Shown: positions 40,501 to 50,800 of the stretch, one piece after another
Numbering within the stretch: the stretch's first letter is position 1
How the letters are laid out: each line of letters begins with the position of its first letter
Source of the DNA: Octopus vulgaris
Taxonomy: Eukaryota
Assembly: GCA_951406725.2 (NCBI GenBank)
Contig: OX597838.1
Location: 31,310,001 to 31,374,000 of the forward strand
Direction of reading: 5' to 3'
DNA length: 64,000 bases
Translations under genes and position numbers: made by a program
The notes under the pieces: generated by a model
Databases searched by the model: none
What the model was told of the DNA's origin: nothing
What the model saw: the letters and a program-made list of their open reading frames with translations, nothing else

Positions 40501-40585
40501 TTACCTCCTGTCTGAAGGAGAATTTTGGTCATAGGGCTGCACAAACCACTTTCCAAGCCGTATGAAGTTTTTTGTGAGTAGACAT
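18232..40585 (-). CDS. MED13: MED13 (Mediator CDK8 kinase-module subunit 13, skuld-like), partial multi-exon gene; six exons in window
   Basis: Spliced translation RCLLTKNFIRLGKWFVQPY...[28 protein letters not shown]...VILAPYGLCGTLTG...VVEVIIAGVHMRYPSAF...LTPPTSP...WDFGDPTSKASCNCIRHRNSK...PFHRR is colinear with human MED13 as I recall it (RCLMNRNFVRIGKWFVKPY, HLSCSFTFFLHGDSNVC, VILCPFGLNGTLTG, VEVLVAGVRMIYP, LTPPTSP, WDFVEATQRTNCSCLRHK, PFHHR). All five junctions are GT-AG with compatible phases. Introns are 383, 150, 15012, 1137 and 3728 bp. Confidence 0.95.
18465..18593 (-). repeat. Coding CAG/CAA repeat, 43 consecutive Gln
   Basis: 129 nt of ctg/ttg triplets on the + strand, in frame with exon F. 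Confidence 0.95.
19470..20011 (+). mobile_element. Probable non-LTR-derived interspersed repeat ending in an (AAT)n tail
   Basis: About 500 bp of higher-complexity sequence ending in (AAT)n and preceded by ATG/AAT microsatellite; single copy in the window, family not identified. Confidence 0.4.
20562..20606. repeat. (TA)n microsatellite
   Basis: Direct observation; similar runs at ~41435-41468, 57502-57552 and 60719-60756. Confidence 0.95.
22392..22622 (+). mobile_element. Young SINE family A copy
   Basis: Same sequence as 12685-12908; TSD-like tatttgtaagaagg / tatttgtaggaagg (1 mismatch). Confidence 0.88.
22640..22885 (-). mobile_element. 3' remnant of an RTE-clade LINE ORF
   Basis: ORF 22637..22933 contains IEGSQLQYYRPVIRIPQERVAKKTLQAESTDRRPKGRLGTKWLD...GIQPE...ALDGTLWR, a decayed form of the RTE C-terminus (IERSQLRWxGHVxRMPxERL...GxRPRGRPRxRWxD...AxDRxxWR). 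Confidence 0.8.
23064..23147 (-). CDS. MED13: MED13 exon E (84 nt, phase 2-2): NPDLTSEDMLLIWDFGDPTSKASCNCI(R)
   Basis: Acceptor ttttacttctag, donor CAG|gtaaa; WDF..P....CxC motif of MED13. Confidence 0.9.
23386..23455. other. 70-nt hairpin with a 26-bp stem
   Basis: cactttcaaagatgtgcgggatagga pairs with tcctatcctacgcatttttgaaagtg: 22 Watson-Crick pairs, 3 G-U and 1 C-A on the + strand; 18-nt loop. Confidence 0.85.
23930..24150. mobile_element. piggyBac-like MITE family 1
   Basis: TTAA|CCCTTTAGT ... ACTAAAGGG|TTAA terminal inverted repeats; close inverted copy at 62383-62602. Confidence 0.9.
24285..24630 (-). CDS. MED13: MED13 exon D (346 nt, phase 1-2): AGVHMRYPSAFIF...GPLTPPTSPGE...AGISK(R)
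   Basis: Lies within ORF 24281..24760; acceptor caattccag, donor AAG|gtaat; contains LTPPTSP. Confidence 0.93.
27143..27213. repeat. (ATG)n/(GTG)n compound microsatellite
   Basis: Direct observation. Confidence 0.9.
31390..31432. repeat. (GGAT)n/(GGAC)n tetranucleotide microsatellite
   Basis: ggatggatggatggatggatggacggatggacggacggacgg. Confidence 0.9.
32025..32146. repeat. Polypurine (GAA/GAAAA) tract
   Basis: About 120 bp of almost pure A/G on the + strand. Confidence 0.9.
33383..33768 (-). mobile_element. tRNA-derived SINE family B, full length, 13-bp TSD
   Basis: Reverse complement of 16247-16630; TSD TAAATACTGTAAT at 33366-33378 and 33769-33781. Confidence 0.9.
33974..34193. mobile_element. 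piggyBac-like MITE family 2 nested in a SINE
   Basis: tgaa|CCCTTTTGTTAC ... GTAACAAAAGGG|TTAA; the flanks rejoin to the family A motif ctggtacTTAAttt. Confidence 0.85.
34485..34537. repeat. (AAT)n microsatellite
   Basis: Direct observation. Confidence 0.95.
36720..36940 (-). mobile_element. Young SINE family A copy with 16-bp TSD
   Basis: Flanked by TATTTTGATATAAACA at 36704-36719 and 36941-36956. Confidence 0.9.
37976..38177. mobile_element. piggyBac-like MITE family 1
   Basis: TTAA|CCCTTTAGT ... ACTAAAGGG|TTAA with the same internal body. Confidence 0.88.
39091..39311. mobile_element. piggyBac-like MITE family 2
   Basis: TTAA|CCCTTTCGTT ... AACGAAAGGG|TTAA; inverted relative to the 33974 copy; flanked by family D SINE sequence. 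Confidence 0.88.
39440..39695. repeat. Degenerate ~63-bp tandem repeat (4 units) spanning the 3' end and donor of exon C
   Basis: cacatcttacctatta occurs at 39442 and 39633; caacYgaggtacctt occurs at ~39534 and ~39593. Confidence 0.75.
39643..39825 (-). CDS. MED13: MED13 exon C (183 nt, phase 1-1): VILAPYGLCGTLTGNTYRDTDQASRSVLDEWSRYYP...LPSVVEVII
   Basis: Lies within ORF 39584..39895; acceptor ctttgttgtag, donor ATAG|gtaag; VILxPxGLxGTLTG and EWxxxYP motifs. Confidence 0.94.
39976..40121 (-). CDS. MED13: MED13 exon B (146 nt, phase 2-1): [48 protein letters not shown]
   Basis: Acceptor cttttccag, donor AAG|gtaaa; matches the MED13 HLSxxFxFFLHGxSxVC motif. Confidence 0.94.
40505..40585 (-). 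CDS. MED13: MED13 exon A (81 nt, phase 2-2): (R)CLLTKNFIRLGKWFVQPYDQNSPSDR(S)
   Basis: Acceptor tttctgcag and donor GAG|gtaaa on the minus strand; conserved NFxRxGKWFVxPY motif. Not in the ORF track (too short). Confidence 0.93.
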
Positions 40586-40994
40586 CTGCAGAAAGAAAAC
40601 AACAACATATTAATTAGAAGTAAATTAACAACAACAATAACAACAACAACAAACAGAAAATACATCATCAATTTCTATTGCAGAACAGCTAAATCAATAC
40701 CAATACAATTGAGAATATCAAAATAGGAAAACACTTGTAAAGTTGTTTGTCTCGCTCCTTTCTATTAAGCACATAGCCAACAAGGGAGCATCGAATTGAG
40801 TCAATCAAGGGAGAAACCAACAAGAGAGTGTCTGTAGAAACTGATGAGGATGATTTTGTGTGAGCCAATGAGGATAAGATCTGTGTCAATCAATGAAGCT
40901 GTGACCGGCTGAGCCTTTGTGGGACTGGCTGTGCAATCATTTGACTTGATGAAAATACCAGCCAAATCTTATTCACAGCACACCCCCAATGTCA

Positions 40995-41170
40995 TCGTCA
41001 TCATTTAATGTCCACTTTCCATGCTGGCATGGGTTGGACAGTTTGACTGAAAACTGATGGGGAGGGGGGTGCACCAAACCCCGATCTGATTTGGCAAGGT
41101 TTCTATGGCTGGATGCCCTTCCTAACGCCAACCACTCTGTGAGTGTAGTGGGTGTTTTTTTACATGCCAA
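40995..41170 (-). mobile_element. SINE family C fragment with (ATG)n tail
   Basis: catcatttaatgtccactttccatgctggcatgggttggac...ggctggatgcccttcctaacgccaaccactc; related pieces at ~11130-11300, 17920-18075, 26810-26970, 38760-38915 and 51855-52035. Confidence 0.7.
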
Positions 41171-41294
41171 TGATCTGACACTGGCATCAGCCATGACTAC
41201 AGTATCAATTGGCCTGGCAGGTCTACACAAGCACAGTATATCGCCAAAGGTCTTGGTCACCTGTCACTGCCTCCATGAGGCCAAGCACTCGAAC

Positions 41295-41415
41295 TGTTGA
41301 AATATATAGTTGAAATTTACAGAAAAACAAAAAACGAAGACAGGTGTTTGGCACTCAAGAAAGAAAGTCTTTTATGTTTCGAGCCTACGCTCTTCAACAG
41401 AAAGGAACACAAGGA
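41295..41415. mobile_element. Possible Penelope-like element terminal remnant
   Basis: aagtcttttatgtttcgagcctacgctcttcaacagaaagg motif; a diverged relative at ~24770-24875. Confidence 0.4.
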
Positions 41416-41432
41416 AATAAACAGAGACAGAA

Positions 41433-41471
<39 letters not shown>

Positions 41472-41597
41472 GAGAGAGGGGGGAGTAAAGTGTGTGTGTG
41501 TGTGTGTGTGTGTTGGAGAGTCAATGAGCTACAGGCCACCCCTACCTACAGGCCATTCATTTATAGGCAGAAAGTGTAAGAAATAAAGCCAGTCCAG

Positions 41598-41807
41598 CCC
41601 TTTAGCATTTAAACCAGCCATATCTGGCCCGAAAATTCTACTTGTTTTATGCTCAAACTGGTTTCTCACACCTCCCCTACAATGTCATTACAAAACTATT
41701 GAATCACATCATTGAAATTCCAAAGCTACAAGATGGTGCAATATTAATTCAAAACGATGTGAGTAAATAAACATTGGATTTGATAAAGTAATCTGAATGC
41801 TAAAGGG
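41598..41807. mobile_element. piggyBac-like MITE family 1
   Basis: CCCTTTAGCATTTAAACC ... ATGCTAAAGGG|TTAA. Confidence 0.85.
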
Positions 41808-42495
41808 TTAAGAGTAAAAAAAATGGTTTGACTATGAATCGACTTGCACTGCTGTTGGGTGGTGTGCATGCATGCATACATTTTTGTTATTCATGCATTT
41901 AGTAGACAACAGCCTTGTCTAGGACCAAATCCCTTGTTCCCAGGCTATTCCAATGGTGAGAGGGACAAAAGAATATCTGTGCTACCTGGACAGAATAAAT
42001 ACCAGGAAGCATTTTAGTTTGAATGCACCAGTTTATTAGTTTCCTCTCTCATCTTTACAGCCATCTGTTTGTTGGTAGTAGATTGAATATCAAATAATAT
42101 ATTTTTAAGTTGTTAGATTTCATTTGGTTATTTTGTTTTGCTTCATCGGCAAGGAAACGCTCAAGCAAGAAAAACCAAACAAAGGAACATTATTAAAACA
42201 TAATTATAATGGAAACTGGCTGAGACTGTGTGAAGCAATAACTGCAGTTTGTTATGAACAATATGAATAGGCAGTGAGATAATCAAAGAAACACAAGCAT
42301 TACCAAGAGTTCAGCAGTCACTCCAAGAAACCAAAATGCAACTTCAAATTGCTTTGGAAAGCTGCATGTATGTTTGTGGGAATGTGTATGTACACAGATG
42401 CATGTGAACAAATGTATAGCTCAGATATATCTACACACAACTGTGCTCACAATTGCTATGTTGCTGTTGTTGTTGTTAACATTACTGACAATGCT

Positions 42496-42544
<49 letters not shown>

Positions 42545-44525
42545 TGGATTGTAAAACATTGATGCAATGTGATGAAGGCATTTTGCTAGCGTTATAGGTA
42601 TTTCCAATCATCGCCTGCAGTTTCCACTGAATGATGAAAGGAAAAGCGAAGCAGGTGCAACTAGGATGCATTGAAAATAAAAATGGAAAATTTAAATTTC
42701 AGCAAAGAAAGATGGGGGGGAAAAGGGGGCAGGTGGGAGTGTGTTAAGTTTAGTTTGAAATCATAGAAACATAATCAAGTGTGCTTTGTTGCTTTACCAC
42801 ATTCTAAGAGCAAAGGATTATTTAATTAGCACCTCAAAAAGAAAAAAAAAAAACGGTAGAATATGGCTGGCTACTTATTTAGTAACAAAGATTGCAGTTC
42901 AAAGACTCGCATAGATGTAGCAGCTGAAAACTAACAAGGGCATGCATGCATTTGTGAAAGCCAGCCAACTTGCCACCACCACCACCAGACCCACTTACAT
43001 CACAGCCCTACCACCACCACCACCATTGCCGCCATCATCAACCTATTTCTTTACACAATTATTTGAAGTGCTCTGCTTTATGATCTTACTCCTCTCACGC
43101 CTTGGCATCCCTAGTTATTGGAATGCTGTGTTAGAAGGGAAATAACTTTATATTGCATGACCTCAGTACGCCAATGATAAGCTCCTCTCTCAGATAAATG
43201 AGTTAAGCAGAATTAAATTGAAAGAAATGACCTGTCACAAGAGAGAGCGAGAAAGAGCGAGAGAGAGCGAGCAAGAGCGAGGGGGAGGGGGAGGGAGAGA
43301 GAGAGGAGGGGTGGCAGTAATAATCAGTGCAAGGAGTGACATGTATTGAAGTATTTTCAAATGTAAACTAGGAAATGCAAAAGTTATTCAGCATAAAAGA
43401 ATTTCATTATATTATTCAGATTTCAAAGTCAAACGTTGACAGCAATATGTGTATAGATTACATACAACAAATAGCTAAATCTATGCTGTTACACCTCACT
43501 TTTAACATTTATTTCAACTATCACATGGATGAATAATCACAATTTTCTTTCTTTTTTTTTTTTTTAACCTTCAGTAGGTTTTATAGGAAAATTTCTTTTA
43601 AAGTCAAATTTGGAATGGTTTGTATCATTGCCAGTCTTTAACAAGTGACAAATAAACCGACATATTAACCTGCTGGAAATAGCAGCTAAATCTCCTTCAA
43701 ATCATATGGTACATAACAGACATGTTGGATGATTTTTACAATAACTATGTCTCAATAAAATAAAATTTAAAAAAAAACTGGGATGTTCATAGCTGGAACG
43801 TCTTTGATCATAGAAGGATAGCCCCAGGACAGAGCTGTCAATAAACATCAATTTGATTGTGAATGTTGTAGGCGTAAATTTTTAGCCAGCAATCTGTTTC
43901 ACATCGTTAATATCATTGATATCACAATTTGTTTCCCTTTTTCCCTACAAATCATCATCATTCATTCACTTCAGCAGTGCTTCTCAACCAGGGTCCACAT
44001 GTTCCTTCGAGGTCAATATAAGATTTTTTTTTTTTTTTTAATTATGCGCAATAAATTGGTTATAATTCTACACATTTCTTTTATACAATTCCTAATAATA
44101 TTTAATCATAAAAATAATAACAGAGATTTTTTAGTCACTGAATGGACTATGAGGGTCCATCCATGTAAAATAATAATCAATGGGGCCCGTAACTTAAAAA
44201 AAAAAAAAAAATGGTTGAGAACCACTGCCCTACAGTAACAAGAAAAGGTTACAGCAACAAATAGGACAGCAGCTAATAAAAGAGCCCCTGTGAGGGCCTG
44301 AGATATTATTTATTCTGTTCAGGTAGCACAGGTATTCTTTTGTCCTTCTCACTATTGGAATAGTGTGGGAACAAGGGATTTGGTCCTAGACAAGGCTGTT
44401 GTTTACTAAATGCATGAATAACAAAAATGCATGCATGCACGCACACCGCCCAACAGCAGTGCAAGGTGATTCATAGTCAAATTATTTTATTCTTACTCTT
44501 AACCCTTTAGCATTTGGATTACTTT
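41785..44525. repeat. ~220-bp inverted repeat (arms 41785-42001 and 44307-44525)
   Basis: Manual alignment of arm 1 to the reverse complement of arm 2 is colinear throughout, e.g. caacagccttgtctaggaccaaatcccttgttccca is perfectly mirrored; roughly 17 substitutions plus a small indel. Confidence 0.95.
43975..44227. mobile_element. hAT (Charlie-like) MITE
   Basis: TIRs CAGTGCTTCTCAACCA / TGGTTGAGAACCACTG; 8-bp flanks cacttcag and ccctacag (6/8 match), consistent with a decayed hAT TSD. Confidence 0.8.
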
Positions 44526-45539
44526 AGCATTTAGATTACTAACCCTAACCCTAATGCCTCAATAAAGCCAAGGATGGGCACAGCTAGAAGATTGCCTTTG
44601 ATCACAGGCCGTCAGCTGAGTTAGAGCCGATCAGTGGCTTAACAATAACAACAACAGTTATAAAGTTTAATCATTATATAACAGCGATAGTATTACTAGT
44701 GGAATTAAATCATTTAGTTATCATTAAAGACAATTTTACTACAATTTTACTGCAAATTAAGCACCGTCACACCAAAAAAATGTTTCAAAGAAATATGTGT
44801 AATCGTTCTAAAACATTTTTTTTTAAATCACTTCTTTCACATAATATTAGAATTAAGGATTACTTGACATTTAACAATACATTAGAAACTAATTGTCTTA
44901 ACAATCTGTTGGTTTCATTAAAATATACAACATTGAGAAATTTAAGTCTCACATTACGTTTTGAACCTTACTGTTCATAATTTGTTAATCTAAGCCTTTG
45001 AAATTAATTGCATTTATTATGATTGTCGCTTCTTATGGTTAATAAGGAAATCATTATCGTTAAATGCTACGGAGGCATTCAGATTACTCTGTCAAACAAT
45101 GTTTATTTATTCAAACTGATTTGAATTAATCATACTTTATCTCATAGCTTTGATCACATTGTACGGCAAGTGTGAAAGGTCAAATATCACCAGTTTGAAC
45201 ATAGGACATATAGAATGTTTTGGCCCAACATCACTGGTTTAAATGCTGAAGAGTTAATAACATTTTTAAAAAAACTGATTTAAATGCTAAATCATATAAT
45301 ACGCTAGCTTTCCAGATCTCAGTCAAACCGTCCAACCCATGCCAGCATGGAAAAACGAACGTTAAACGATGATGATGATGGGAGGGCAGCTTTTTTTCTG
45401 TTTTTTGTTTGTGGTTTTTTTTACCAACAAATGATACTTAAGACATGGTAAGCACCAACTTGAGACAGGCCCACAAATATAAAAGGGAAGCACTTGTCTA
45501 TCATTTGCGTTTCCACCTCTCTATCTTCCCCTCATTTAA

Positions 45540-45744
45540 CTCTTCAGCATTTAAACCCCAACCATATCTGCACCAAATATTCTACCTGTTTTATGTTCAA
45601 ACCGATCAGATCCAGTTTCTCACACCTACCCTACATGCCATTCTAAAAAAGATAAATAACCACAGTGTACTAATGCCAGACTAATTCAAAACAATGTGAA
45701 GAAATAAGCATTGCATTTGACAGAATAATCTGAATGCTGAAGGG
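45540..45744. mobile_element. piggyBac-like MITE family 1 (diverged)
   Basis: TTAA|CTCTTCAGCATT ... AATGCTGAAGGG|TTAA. Further diverged copies at ~3770-3930, 5916-6134, 13159-13382 and 45075-45256. Confidence 0.8.
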
Positions 45745-46834
45745 TTAAACATTGGGCTTTCTATTGTACTTCAGGTCAAAATTGTATTTCAGTCATTATA
45801 AAGAAACACAGGCACAAGCCCTAAAATCTGATAGTGGAGTCTCAGGGTGGGGAATATTCAGTTAAATTAATCGCAGTACTTGACTGATATTTTATGAATC
45901 CTGGAAGGATGAAATGTTGACAAACAGCAAAATTTGGGCTCAGAACATAAAGAGCATTTTGTCCCCTACCTAAAATGGTGGTGGTGGTGGTGGTGGTAGA
46001 AGTAGTTGTAGGTGATGAGTGGTGGTGGGTGATGGGTGGTGGTAGCTTCAAATTTTGGCATAAGACTAGCAATTTTGTCGAGAGGGGGTTAGTTGATAAC
46101 ATTCATCCCAGTGTTCAAATGGAGGTTGTTTCATCAACCCCAAAAAAAGATGAAAGGCAAAGATGACCTTGGCAGAATCTGAGTGTTAAGTGCCGGAAGA
46201 AATGCCACCAAGCATTTTGTCCCACACACACACAATTAATTCTACCACCCAGCCATCATCATCATCATCATAATGATAATAATGGTGTCTTTTTTTTTTA
46301 GTACAAGGCCAGTAATTTCGGGTGGGGGGGGGGTCGATTACACCCACCCACCCCTGCTCCACTGGTATTTATTTTATCAATCCCAAAAACGGATGAAAGG
46401 CCAAGTCAGCCTCCGTAGCATTTAACGATAATGATTTCCTTATTAACCATAAGAACTGACAATAATAATAATAATAATAATAAATGCAATTAATTTCAAA
46501 TAAGAGATAATGGATATTTTGTGATAGTCTTTTATGGTCAACGTGTTACACCCTTGTACCTAGATGAAATAGGAGGTGGAGCAGGTTGGGAGGAAGGTGA
46601 CGGCTCACTTTAATGAGAAACTGAAATAAAATGGGATACTGCAATTGGGTGTAGCAGGTCAAAGACATCGCAAAATGGATGCCTTTGAGGCTGGAGAGGG
46701 ATTTTAGGAAAAAATAGTCGGGAAGACTAAGGAAAACGAAAGAGTCGTTTAGGTCTGAGGGTAGAGAAGAAGAACCAGCGCTTATATATCTTTGTAAACA
46801 TTGGCTTTAAACTGACTATAGGTATGACTCCCTA

Positions 46835-47065
46835 TTTATACACATGTATGTGTGCACCTGTATTTATCTGTGCACACATTTATCTATGCGTGCACACCTG
46901 TATATTTATGTGGGAGTATACATGTATTTATCTGTGTGTGTGTGCACACGTGCACGTGTATATTTATGTGTGCATGTATACATGTATTTATCTGTGTGCA
47001 TACATATGCACACATGTGTGCATGCATACATGTATTTCTCTGTGTGTGTGTGTGTGCATGCGTGA
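46835..47065. repeat. Degenerate minisatellite, ~20-38-bp units built on tgtatttatctgtgtg...acaca
   Basis: tgtatttatctgtg / tatatttatgtg recur about 7 times; this explains the spurious C/V/H/Y-rich ORFs here. Confidence 0.75.
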
Positions 47066-47851
47066 ATCAGGCCCTATACTACAGACATTTGAAACTATCT
47101 GACTACCACATCATAAAATTTTTATTTTGTTAAAAACAAAAACAAAAAGAAAATCGATCCCGCTTTTGGTTGACATTGTCCACCCACACACACACAATTT
47201 GTCTGAATGCTTTCAACACATTGCATGAGCTAGACAAAACAAACAAACAAACATGGTGTTGACGATGTGCCAACTGGTACACCAGAGCAACAAGCAGCTA
47301 GAGTTGCCAATTTTTAATACAAGTACACTAATAAAGGGATCAATTGCTAAGCATGAATGAATGGCAAGGCAAACTAGTTTTATCAACAAAGAAATGCAAC
47401 AATGCTATTGAGAACACTTGTGAAAAGCCACATTAACAACTGATTTATAACATCCTACCATTATTGGCAAAGAAAAAAAAATCTAATTTTCTCTTTCACC
47501 ACGAAATTTTTAATTCGCATTACACAAAAATATGGCATATCGCTTTCTCGTTTTATCCTATTTGCAACTAATCAAAATGAATTAAAAGCACATTATTATT
47601 TACAATTTTTAGTGACGAGATAATTTCTTTATCCTTCCAATACAAATGTTTTACTCCAAGGTCGAGTATTAATAAAGACATCTCCTCTATTTCTCACAGC
47701 AATTCAATAAAGTGAAAAGATCAAGGAGTAGCAGGAGAGGATTATGGATGTATTATACAGAATTCCAAAATTAATCATCTCCTAGACTTAACACGTAAAT
47801 GACGTTAAAATCAAATTTTCTAAATTCCTCAATTGTCTAAATGTGATACAA

Positions 47852-47889
<38 letters not shown>

Positions 47890-50800
47890 TAGTTGTTTGT
47901 TAGAAGAGAAGTGAAACAGATTTTGCCAGCAAAGATCAATAATTATTAAGAAGTAAACTTCAATGATAGATGTTCTTGCTGCATGTCTTCTATCAATAGC
48001 TGCTGACAGTCAGATCTTTTCTTCTCTTCTTTCTCCAAAACTAGGAAATGTAACCAAGATATTGCAGAAACAAAATTTCCTGCCACTAACAAGAATCATT
48101 CTAGATTCCACAGGCAGCAATTTGTCATCATTTCAGATTCTTGATTTGTTAAAACTATAAACTAAAAGTATTCATTCAATCTGCCTTTCACTTTCCCCGC
48201 TAATTTCTCTATTAACCTTTTCCAGAAATAACCTTCCTACTCAACACTGTTAACTAATCAATTAACATATGATTATACTAATCATTTGCTAATCTTAGAG
48301 GATTCTTTTTAAAACAGATTATTTTTCTCGGTTCATCTTCACCCAAATGTCATCAGATCAAATGAAAGCTTTATTTTTGTTTTCCACTAAAGGATCTACA
48401 ATTCCATGAAACCAGAAGCAATATGCTCTTATCAGCAGTTCTATCTTTTCCAGATTATTCCTTCAATACTAAACACCAATAACACCTGTTATAATATATA
48501 CAACTACATCTTCATGTTGGCCAATAGCAACAAGTGATATGCAAAGAATTCCTAAAGAGTTACATCAATCGCAACAGATAAGCAAGAATTACTGCTTTCA
48601 TCTGTCACAAGACACACACACACACACACACACCTATTCTAGAATGTAAAACAATGTGATCAACAAAGATTATAATAATAAAAACAAATCTAAATAAAAA
48701 CATTAAAAACATCATATAATTTTCCATAACATTGTGGAACCAGACAAAATATTCCTGATGAACAAGTGGGTGGGTAGGGGAGTGAATGGTGGTTGGTGAG
48801 TAGATAGGCAGGTAGGTAGGTAAGTAGGTAGGTAGGTGGTGAAATTTTAACATGTTCTTCTCTATTCAACAAGTCATACTATCGTATGCAGACATTTTCC
48901 TTGACTATTTTACAGAAATTCAGCAGGGTTTTTAACCTTGATCAGTAGCAGTAAAATCATCATCATCATCATCACCACTGTTGTAGTTGTTGTTGTCATC
49001 ATCTTTGCACAATAGTTCACTAGATGTTCACATTGTTTGGCATCATGACAAGTCGGATATTTAAAATAGAAGTTTTGCTTCTACTATCAACTACTACACT
49101 ACTATCCTAAAGTAGGTGGTATTCAAATGACATGACAATATTATTGCAAACTAAAACTAGTGTTGTTCACTTTAATCATTAAAAAAAAACAACAACTAAA
49201 AACCTATTTAAAAAAAAAAAAGACGTTACTATTTCTAAAACAATTTGGTATGTAACAACAAACCCAACTGGTATGTTTAAATGTAAGAGATCACCGAAAA
49301 ACATGCAAACAACAACACCTACATCTACTACGCCTAAACTGTAGTAAAATAAAATAAATCTGACAGCTTTCTCTCTTGTTCGGAGTCAGTCAAGTGTTTG
49401 GCCCAGAGACTGTGCAGTTGTTATTTAATAACATAAATTGTGCCCATGCTGACAGGCAGGAATTTAGAAATTAGCTTGCAAAATACCAACTACAATTTAA
49501 CATGGTGCCCACTCTTTTAAGATATGCAGCACTAACCTGCAGGAATTTCAGAATATTCCTTAAGGAAAAAGTAATCTTCTTCAACCCAGATAATGCAATA
49601 TCTTGCTTCACATATTATTTCTCCTCCTCCAGAAGAGAAACTGGAGATATTTTACTATGGTACTGATGGTTAAACAATACACCATACTGACACTACATGA
49701 ACAGTGTTACAAAGGTGAATATTAAAGTAATGTTTTTAAATGGTGAAAAGCTAAGAGCTGTACACCTTCACAACCACGTACCAATGACTACCCAGGCACA
49801 TAGCTTGCTATAGAAAGATTATAAGAGGAGTTTATCCATAATACAAGCTCTATCTAGTGGTAGCTTAGTAGTATTGTTCTGAATCAGAACAGTTGTACAA
49901 ATACCAAGAGAACATTGCATGTCTGTGGTGACTATAATCATCAGATTTGTCCAGATTCTTATTCAACATCTTAATAGCAGTTAACCTCCTTCAAATCACA
50001 CCACACCATTATAAAATATCTCGCAGAACATGGATAATGTAATCTGTATACACTACATCGAAATAGGAGGCAAGGTCAGAAGTAGTCGTCCATCAAGGAT
50101 GACCTGGAGTGGACACTGATACCATGACAAAGAAAAATAGAGCTAAACAACATAATTTCATGTTAAGACATAATAGACAGGGGCTTCATAATTAAGGCCA
50201 TACATGCTCTGAATAAAGAAATATAAGGTTTAATTTACAAGACGATGATATTGCTAAATAAATTCCAATTAAAATGTTTTATGCCATACTGTTGATATAC
50301 AATTTAAATGTAACTGAAAGCTCAAGGAGAAAGAGCAAAATTAATATAACTTGTCACACCAATTTATCTAAGAGTGTCTCTCATTCAAGGATATAAAATA
50401 TTTTGTTTAAAAGTATTTATATGTAAATTAAAACCTTTAATATGAGAAGCATTTTGTTAAGCTAAGTTGCAAGCACTGGCTTAACGAACAACTTTATTAA
50501 ATATCTTGATTATTCCTGCATTAGAAATAGGGTGACAGGAGGGTTAATTCCTGGCAGTGAAAAGTTAATAACACATATGTAACAAGTAGTTATGTATAGT
50601 AATTATATATAGCAAGTGATTATAAATTAATGAAGAAATCTCATACACAAAAATTATTTCCAAAACTACACTTTATTCATTCAAACCTCGTTGATGCTTT
50701 TGATGAAAAATTTTCCACATTGGACACCACAATGTTAAGAGATTTCTCTGAAACAACACGGACACCTGAATATGTTTGAGGACATCAGATTAATAGCTAA

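Noticed and set aside
46835-47065. Regularly recurring short repeats that superficially resemble a CRISPR array
   Set aside because: Eukaryotic intron; the units are degenerate TG/CA-derived sequence without unique spacers and there are no cas genes.
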